Shown in pieces: positions 39,627 to 44,950 of a DNA stretch of 44,950 nt (positions are counted from its first letter, which is position 1; each line of letters opens with the position of its first letter). Both the position numbers and the translations under genes were made by a program. Origin of the DNA: Limisphaerales bacterium. GTDB taxonomy: Bacteria; Verrucomicrobiota; Verrucomicrobiia; Limisphaerales; SIBE01. Below the pieces are notes generated by a model. That model was not told where the DNA came from. It made no database searches and worked only from the letters and a program-made list of their open reading frames with translations. The stretch lies in the NCBI GenBank assembly GCA_044225505.1, contig JBGAIN010000055.1, positions 1 to 44,950 of the forward strand, read 5' to 3'.

Positions 39627-39906
39627 CTACTGGCTTCGGCTTTGGCCGTGTGGGCCCCGTGTTTCTTGAACATGCGGGTCAGCGAAAATCCCCGAGCCGA
39701 TGACCGACCATATTCTCGGTCACGAAGACAGAGTCGAATACTTTGCCATTGTGGACGTTGAAAGTGAGACCAACAAATTCGGGCGTAATCATTGAACGCC
39801 TGGACCAGGTCTTGATCGGGATCTTGGATCCGCTAGCCTTGGCCTTATCGATCTTTGCCATCAAATGGTCGTCGACGAACGGACCTTTTTTAATTGAGCG
39901 TCCCAT
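39627..39906 (-). CDS. rpsS: 30S ribosomal protein S19, frameshifted in this sequence (probable indel errors near 39689 and 39631)
   Basis: [26 protein letters not shown] then shifts frame; the canonical tail [10 protein letters not shown] continues in the adjacent frame. Confidence 0.93.
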
Positions 39907-39916
39907 AGAATTAAAA

Positions 39917-40771
39917 TTACTTCTGCTTCATTGGGCGGCCATCGCGACGGACCACGATAAAGCGGTTAGAATGTTTTCGTTTATGCCGCGTTCGGTAGCC
40001 TTTAGCCAAAAGTCCCCATGGAGAAGTCAATTGCTGCCAGCCACCGCCGCCTTTAGATTTACCTGCCCCACCACCGTTCGGATGATCCACCGGGTTTCGC
40101 GCAACGCCTCGGTTGATTGGACGAATGCCCCGATGCCGCGAGCGGCCTGCCTTCCCTAAGATAACGTTCTCGTGCTCAAGGTTGCCAACTTGCCCAATGG
40201 TCGCGTAACAATCTTCGTGGACTCGTCGAATTTCTCCCGAGGGAAGTCGGATTTGAGCATACCCCTGATCGCGGGACATCAAGCTCGCCGCTCCGCCGGC
40301 CGCGCGAACGAGTTGCCCACCCTTCCCAGGAATAATCTCCAGATTATGAATTGGGAGACCCACCGGAATATTCCGAAGTGGCAAGGTGTTGCCAACGTCC
40401 GGAGTCGCGTTCGGACCGCTCATCAACTTTGTTCCGACCTTCAAGCCATCCGGTGCGACGATGTACCGCTTCTCCCCGTCCTTATATTGGAGCAGCGCGA
40501 GGCGGGCACTTCGAATCGGATCGTACTCAATCGCCGCCACGTTCGCTTCGACACCGTGTTTGTTGCGTTTAAAATCAACTAAGCGAATCTTTTGTTTGTG
40601 ACCACGCCCGATTCCGCGAGCGGTGACACGCCCGTAGGCGTTCCGTCCGCCTGTCTTGCGGCGAATAGTCACCAAGCTCTTCTCGGGCTTGGCTTTAGTA
40701 ATCTCTGCAAAAGACGCGATCGCGATGTAGCGTGTCGAAGGCGTCAGTGGACGAAATGTTTTAACAGGCAT
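39917..40771 (-). CDS. rplB: 50S ribosomal protein L2
   Basis: [29 protein letters not shown]. Confidence 0.98.
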   Translation of the reverse strand: MPVKTFRPLTPSTRYIAIASFAEITKAKPEKSLVTIRRKTGGRNAYGRVTARGIGRGHKQKIRLVDFKRNKHGVEANVAAIEYDPIRSARLALLQYKDGEKRYIVAPDGLKVGTKLMSGPNATPDVGNTLPLRNIPVGLPIHNLEIIPGKGGQLVRAAGGAASLMSRDQGYAQIRLPSGEIRRVHEDCYATIGQVGNLEHENVILGKAGRSRHRGIRPINRGVARNPVDHPNGGGAGKSKGGGGWQQLTSPWGLLAKGYRTRHKRKHSNRFIVVRRDGRPMKQK

Positions 40772-40786
40772 AATTCTACTCCTCTC

Positions 40787-41068
40787 TTATGTCAGGACGA
40801 TCTTGTCGCCTTCCTTCAGTGTTACGATCGCCTTTTTCCAATTTGGAGCCTGGCCCGCTTGTGTAGTCCGCTGGCGACGCGCCTTCCCTCGCACGTTGAT
40901 CGTGTTAACTTTCAACACCTTGACCTTGAACAACTCTTGGACCGCATGGCGAATTTGAATTTTGTTCGCTCGGCGATCTGCCACAACCGTATATTGGTTG
41001 AACTTATCGCCCTGGCTGGTCCCCTTTTCCGTCATTCGGACGGTTTTGATTATGTCAAAACTATTCAT
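40787..41068 (-). CDS. rplW: 50S ribosomal protein L23
   Basis: TEKG, ANKIQI..AV..LF.VKV..VNT, WKKAIVTL. Confidence 0.97.
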   Translation of the reverse strand: MNSFDIIKTVRMTEKGTSQGDKFNQYTVVADRRANKIQIRHAVQELFKVKVLKVNTINVRGKARRQRTTQAGQAPNWKKAIVTLKEGDKIVLT

Positions 41069-41069
41069 A

Positions 41070-41699
41070 TTACTTGGCCGGGGTTAGCCGTTGTTCTACC
41101 TGTTCGAAGGCACCGCGGGTAAATACCAGTTTATCGAAGCGGAGCACTTGGTAGGTGTTTAACGTGTCGCTCGTCGTCAATTCGATGCTGTCGACATTGC
41201 GAGCAGCCATCGCAAGGTTCTGGTCGACGCCTTGAGATACCACCAGCGCGGTTCCTTCCACCTTCAACGCCGACAGGATTCCAACAAATTCCTTGGTCTT
41301 GGGCGCGGTTAACTTTACGTCGTCAACAATGACAACGTCTCCAGATTTTAAGCGCTCGCTCAGCGCTTTCCGAAGCGCCAGTTGTTTGGTGCTTCTGGAA
41401 ACCTTCTTGCTGAAGTCCCGAGGCTTCGGACCAAAGACAACGCCACCCCCTCGCCACAGCGGAGAAGCAAACGAACCAGCACGCGCTCGTCCTGTTCCCT
41501 TCTGGCGCCAAGGCTTCTTCCCGGAACCAGCCACCTCACCCATAGTTTTAGTCGAGGCAGTGCCGCTCCGTTGGGCCGCCTGGTAAGCGACCACAACATC
41601 ATGCACGGCTTGGGTTCCCTTGCCGTTATCGATCACTGGGAAACGGACTTCCAATTCGCCGCGGTCATTTCCCTGTGTATCTTTAATTGTCAGCTTCAT
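41070..41699 (-). CDS. rplD: 50S ribosomal protein L4
   Basis: KKPWRQKGTGRARAGS..SPLWRGGGVVFGPKPR. Confidence 0.98.
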   Translation of the reverse strand: MKLTIKDTQGNDRGELEVRFPVIDNGKGTQAVHDVVVAYQAAQRSGTASTKTMGEVAGSGKKPWRQKGTGRARAGSFASPLWRGGGVVFGPKPRDFSKKVSRSTKQLALRKALSERLKSGDVVIVDDVKLTAPKTKEFVGILSALKVEGTALVVSQGVDQNLAMAARNVDSIELTTSDTLNTYQVLRFDKLVFTRGAFEQVEQRLTPAK

Positions 41700-41715
41700 C
41701 TGGTGTCCACTTCAC

Positions 41716-42369
41716 TTATTTTTGACCGGTAGCGGCCTTCTTGGGATACTTCTTTGATTCGCGGATGACGACATAGTCGCCCTTGGCCCCGGGCACTGCG
41801 CCTTTGACGAGAATCACGTTGTCCGCCTCTCGGACTTGGATGATTTCCAAATTCTGAACTGTCCTGCGTACCTGGCCCATGTGGCCAGGCATTTTCATGC
41901 CCCTCATGACCGTTCCCGGAAACAGACGTTGCCCAATTGCACCGGATCGGCGATGCCATCCTTTGGCGCCGTGAGTCATGTCACCTCCCCGGAATCGATG
42001 TCGCTTTACAACACCCTCAAACCCACGTCCTTTGGTTACTCCTATTGCATCAACAAAGTCGCCTTGCGCGAAAATGGTCGGTCCCAAAATGTCCCCAGGC
42101 TTGACCTCAAGGGAGAAATCTCGAAACTCGCGCAGCCGTTTCACCGGCCCAGCCGAAAACTTCCGCAAGTGTCCTGCGAGCGGTTTTGCTAAGCGGCTTT
42201 CCTTTTGATCGTCGAAGCCCAATTGGACAGCTTTGTAGCCATCCTTTTCCAGCGTTTTGCATTGCACAACGCGATTGGGTCCGGCCAAAAGAACGGTTAC
42301 CGGGATTAAATTCCCCTTGGCGTCATAGACGCTGGTCTGTCCAAGCTTTTTTCCGAGCAAGCCAATCAT
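41716..42369 (-). CDS. rplC: 50S ribosomal protein L3
   Basis: ATG at 42369; GLLGKKLG, KGRGFEGVVKRH, KMPGHMG, VKGAVPG. Confidence 0.98.
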   Translation of the reverse strand: MIGLLGKKLGQTSVYDAKGNLIPVTVLLAGPNRVVQCKTLEKDGYKAVQLGFDDQKESRLAKPLAGHLRKFSAGPVKRLREFRDFSLEVKPGDILGPTIFAQGDFVDAIGVTKGRGFEGVVKRHRFRGGDMTHGAKGWHRRSGAIGQRLFPGTVMRGMKMPGHMGQVRRTVQNLEIIQVREADNVILVKGAVPGAKGDYVVIRESKKYPKKAATGQK

Positions 42370-42373
42370 AGCG

Positions 42374-42682
42374 TCAAATCTTAATGGTGATGTCAACTCC
42401 TGCCGGGAGGTTCAACTTTTTCAGTTCATCCACGGTTTTGGCAGTGGGCTCGATAATATCGAGCAAGCGCTTGTGGGTCCGTTGTTCAAAGGTCTCATGC
42501 GACTTCTTGTCGGCGTGAGGAGAACGTTGCACAGTGAAACGCTCGATGCGGGTAGGCAGCGGGATGGGTCCCGCAACCCGAGCGCCGGTGCGCTTGACAG
42601 TTTCTACAATATCGTGAGCTGACTGATCAATCACCCGATGATCGTAAGCCTTGAGGCGAATCCGAATACGTTGTCCGGCCAT
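42374..42682 (-). CDS. rpsJ: 30S ribosomal protein S10
   Basis: [36 protein letters not shown]. Confidence 0.98.
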   Translation of the reverse strand: MAGQRIRIRLKAYDHRVIDQSAHDIVETVKRTGARVAGPIPLPTRIERFTVQRSPHADKKSHETFEQRTHKRLLDIIEPTAKTVDELKKLNLPAGVDITIKI

Positions 42683-42711
42683 AATAAAGAACAGTTAAAC
42701 GAAAAATCCGA

Positions 42712-44889
42712 TTAGGTGCGCGCAGGCTTCGGCTTGTTAGAGTCCAAGATCGTCGTCAAAATGCTGTTGGGAACCTGTTCAAATCGGAAGGGCTCCATCG
42801 AGTAAGCCGCCCGGCCTTTAGACAATGACCGAATGGCAGTCGCATAGCCAAACATTTCCGCCAGCGGAACTTCAGCGTAGAGACTAGTTGAGTTATTCTT
42901 CGCTTCGATACTCTGAATCTTCCCACGTCGCCGATTCAGATCGCCCAACAAGTCGCCTTGATACTCTTCAGGAGTGGTTACTTCCACCTTCATCACAGGC
43001 TCCAGCAGGATGGGAGCAGCTTTTTTCGCTGCTTCTTTTAATGCGAAGATACCTGCCATCTTGAAGGCCAATTCACTGGAATCGACCTCGTGAAACGAGC
43101 CGTCAGTGACGAAAATCTTTAAATCCACCATCGGATACCCAGCGAGCACTCCCCCAGCCAGAGCTTCTTCGACTCCATCAATAACAGCTGGAATGTACTC
43201 CTTCGGAATATTGCCACCAACGACCTTGTTCTCGATCACAATGCCCTTCCCAGCTTCATTCGGTTCCACTGTGACAATCGCATGACCGTACTGACCGCGA
43301 CCGCCAGACTGCCGAATGAATTTCCCTTCACCCTCCGCCTTCTTGGTGATCGTTTCTCGATAAGCGATTTGAGGAGCCCCAGCATTCGCATCTACCTTGA
43401 ACTCGCGCAGCAATCGGTCGCGGATGATTTCCAGGTGCAATTCTCCCATCCCCGCGATGATGAGTTGTCCAGTCTCCTCGTTCGTGAAACAGCGGAAGGT
43501 AGGATCTTCCTCCGCGAGTCGCTGCAGACCTTCGCCCATTTTTTCGCGATCCGCTTTCGTCTTCGGCTCGATCGCCATCGAGATCACCGGCTCGGGGAAT
43601 GTTGGAGGTTCCAACGAAACGCTAAAATCCTCGTCGCAGAGCGTATCTCCGGTCGTTATATTCTTGAGTCCAACGAGTGCGGCGATATCCCCTGCGTAGA
43701 CCGTATCGACCTCAATACGTTTGTCAGCCTGGATCATCATGACCCGGCTAACGCGCTCGCGCTTGTTCGTCCGGGGATTATAGATCACGTCACCTTTTTT
43801 CAACACACCACTGTAAACTCGGAAGAATACCAGCTTCCCGACATACGGATCGGTCCAAAGTTTGAATGCCAACGAACAGAACTTCCCAGCGTCCGAAGAC
43901 TGGACTTCCACTTGTGTGTCAGCAGCCGAGGGATCTTGCCCCACCGCCGGGGGAACTTCCAATGGAGAGGGCAGATAATCCACAACGGCATCGACTAGTG
44001 GTTGCACCGCTCGTTTTTTGAACGCGGATCCACAGAGCACCGGGATAAACTCGATTTTGCAGGTCAGCCGACGAATCGCATTTTTCAGCACCAAGGGAGC
44101 GATCGGCTTCTCTTCAATCACCAACTCAGCAATGGCGTCATCCTTGTTAGAGACGGCGTCGATTAACTCAGCCAATGCTGCTTCAGCCTGCTCTTTGAGC
44201 TCCGGCGGAACGTCGGTCACTTCGTATTTCAAACCAACGTCGTCGGCCAAATCGTAAAGAATTGCTTTCTGATTAATAACATCGATAACCCCGCGAAACC
44301 CATCTTCCTTGCCCACCGGGATAAACACGGGATAAGCGTAAGCTCCAAGCTTCTTCCGCATCTCGTTAACGGCGTTGTCGAAATTGGCGCCGGTCCGATC
44401 CATCTTATTAACGAAAGCAATTCGAGGGACCTTATACTTCGTAGCCTGGCGCCAAACGGTCTCGGATTGCGGTTGCACACCAGCGACACCGCAAAAGACA
44501 GCGACCGCACCATCCAAAACGCGCATTGAACGTTCCACCTCGGCGGTGAAATCAACGTGGCCAGGGGTATCGATGATGTTGATCCGATGCGGGACGTTTA
44601 AATAGCTCTTCTGGATCCCGTCTTCCTTCTGAGTCCAGTAACAGGTCGTCGCGGCTGAGGTAATCGTAATACCACGTTCTCGTTCCTGCTCCATCCAGTC
44701 CGTGACGGTATTGCCGTCATCGACGTCGCCCATGCGATGGATCAGGCCCGTATAAAAGAGGATACGTTCCGTGGTCGTAGTCTTGCCTGCATCGATATGC
44801 GCCGCGATACCAATGTTCCGCGTGCGCTCCATCGTGTAGGGGCGATTCGGCGAATTTACCGACTGAGCTTTATCCGTCACAGCTTGCAT
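42712..44889 (-). CDS. fusA: Elongation factor G
   Basis: RNIGIAAHIDAGKTTTTERIL, DWMEQERERGITI, DTPGHVDF, GMGELHLE, RQSGGRGQYGH. Confidence 0.99.
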   Translation of the reverse strand: MQAVTDKAQSVNSPNRPYTMERTRNIGIAAHIDAGKTTTTERILFYTGLIHRMGDVDDGNTVTDWMEQERERGITITSAATTCYWTQKEDGIQKSYLNVPHRINIIDTPGHVDFTAEVERSMRVLDGAVAVFCGVAGVQPQSETVWRQATKYKVPRIAFVNKMDRTGANFDNAVNEMRKKLGAYAYPVFIPVGKEDGFRGVIDVINQKAILYDLADDVGLKYEVTDVPPELKEQAEAALAELIDAVSNKDDAIAELVIEEKPIAPLVLKNAIRRLTCKIEFIPVLCGSAFKKRAVQPLVDAVVDYLPSPLEVPPAVGQDPSAADTQVEVQSSDAGKFCSLAFKLWTDPYVGKLVFFRVYSGVLKKGDVIYNPRTNKRERVSRVMMIQADKRIEVDTVYAGDIAALVGLKNITTGDTLCDEDFSVSLEPPTFPEPVISMAIEPKTKADREKMGEGLQRLAEEDPTFRCFTNEETGQLIIAGMGELHLEIIRDRLLREFKVDANAGAPQIAYRETITKKAEGEGKFIRQSGGRGQYGHAIVTVEPNEAGKGIVIENKVVGGNIPKEYIPAVIDGVEEALAGGVLAGYPMVDLKIFVTDGSFHEVDSSELAFKMAGIFALKEAAKKAAPILLEPVMKVEVTTPEEYQGDLLGDLNRRRGKIQSIEAKNNSTSLYAEVPLAEMFGYATAIRSLSKGRAAYSMEPFRFEQVPNSILTTILDSNKPKPART

Positions 44890-44910
44890 GAAAAATCCAG
44901 AGAATAAACA

Positions 44911-44934
44911 CGCCCCGAGATCAGCGTCGGGGCG
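44911..44934 (-). terminator. GC-rich hairpin just upstream of fusA (terminator/attenuator-like)
   Basis: CGCCCCGA-gatcagcg-TCGGGGCG (8-bp stem); on the minus strand it is followed by TGTTTATTCTCT. Confidence 0.45.
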
Positions 44935-44950
44935 GATTCTACACCTTATT

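Overview
Bacterial chromosomal window, most likely Verrucomicrobiota (inferred from the RpoA N-terminus MPVRLGRFEMPK, the long N-extended S11, the lack of rpmD and fusA lying directly before rpsJ). Left part (1-10.6 kb): tRNA-Ile2(CAT) with a probable integration-site signature at its 3' side, a DUF2127 protein, GntP permease, M19 amidohydrolase, family-4 UDG, Zn-dependent dehydrogenase, two small unannotated ORFs, an 11-bp tandem repeat fused to a palindrome, an amtB-glnK operon, and a ~1.1-kb intergenic region containing a REP-doublet-like hairpin element and a candidate structured RNA with a terminator. Middle (10.6-25 kb): a tightly coupled seven-gene operon: TPR-zincin peptidase, MoxR AAA+ ATPase, DUF58, BatA/vWA protein, giant DUF4175-like coiled-coil protein, vWA/GATase1-like membrane protein and a caspase-fold protein lacking the catalytic Cys. 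An M23 peptidase (sigma54-like promoter) and a BON lipoprotein follow. Right part (27.8-44.9 kb, minus strand): fusA plus the S10-spc-alpha ribosomal protein cluster. rpsS is frameshifted and rpoA has an in-frame ~17-aa deletion; both are probably assembly or base-calling errors. All family calls come from motif recognition, not database searches.
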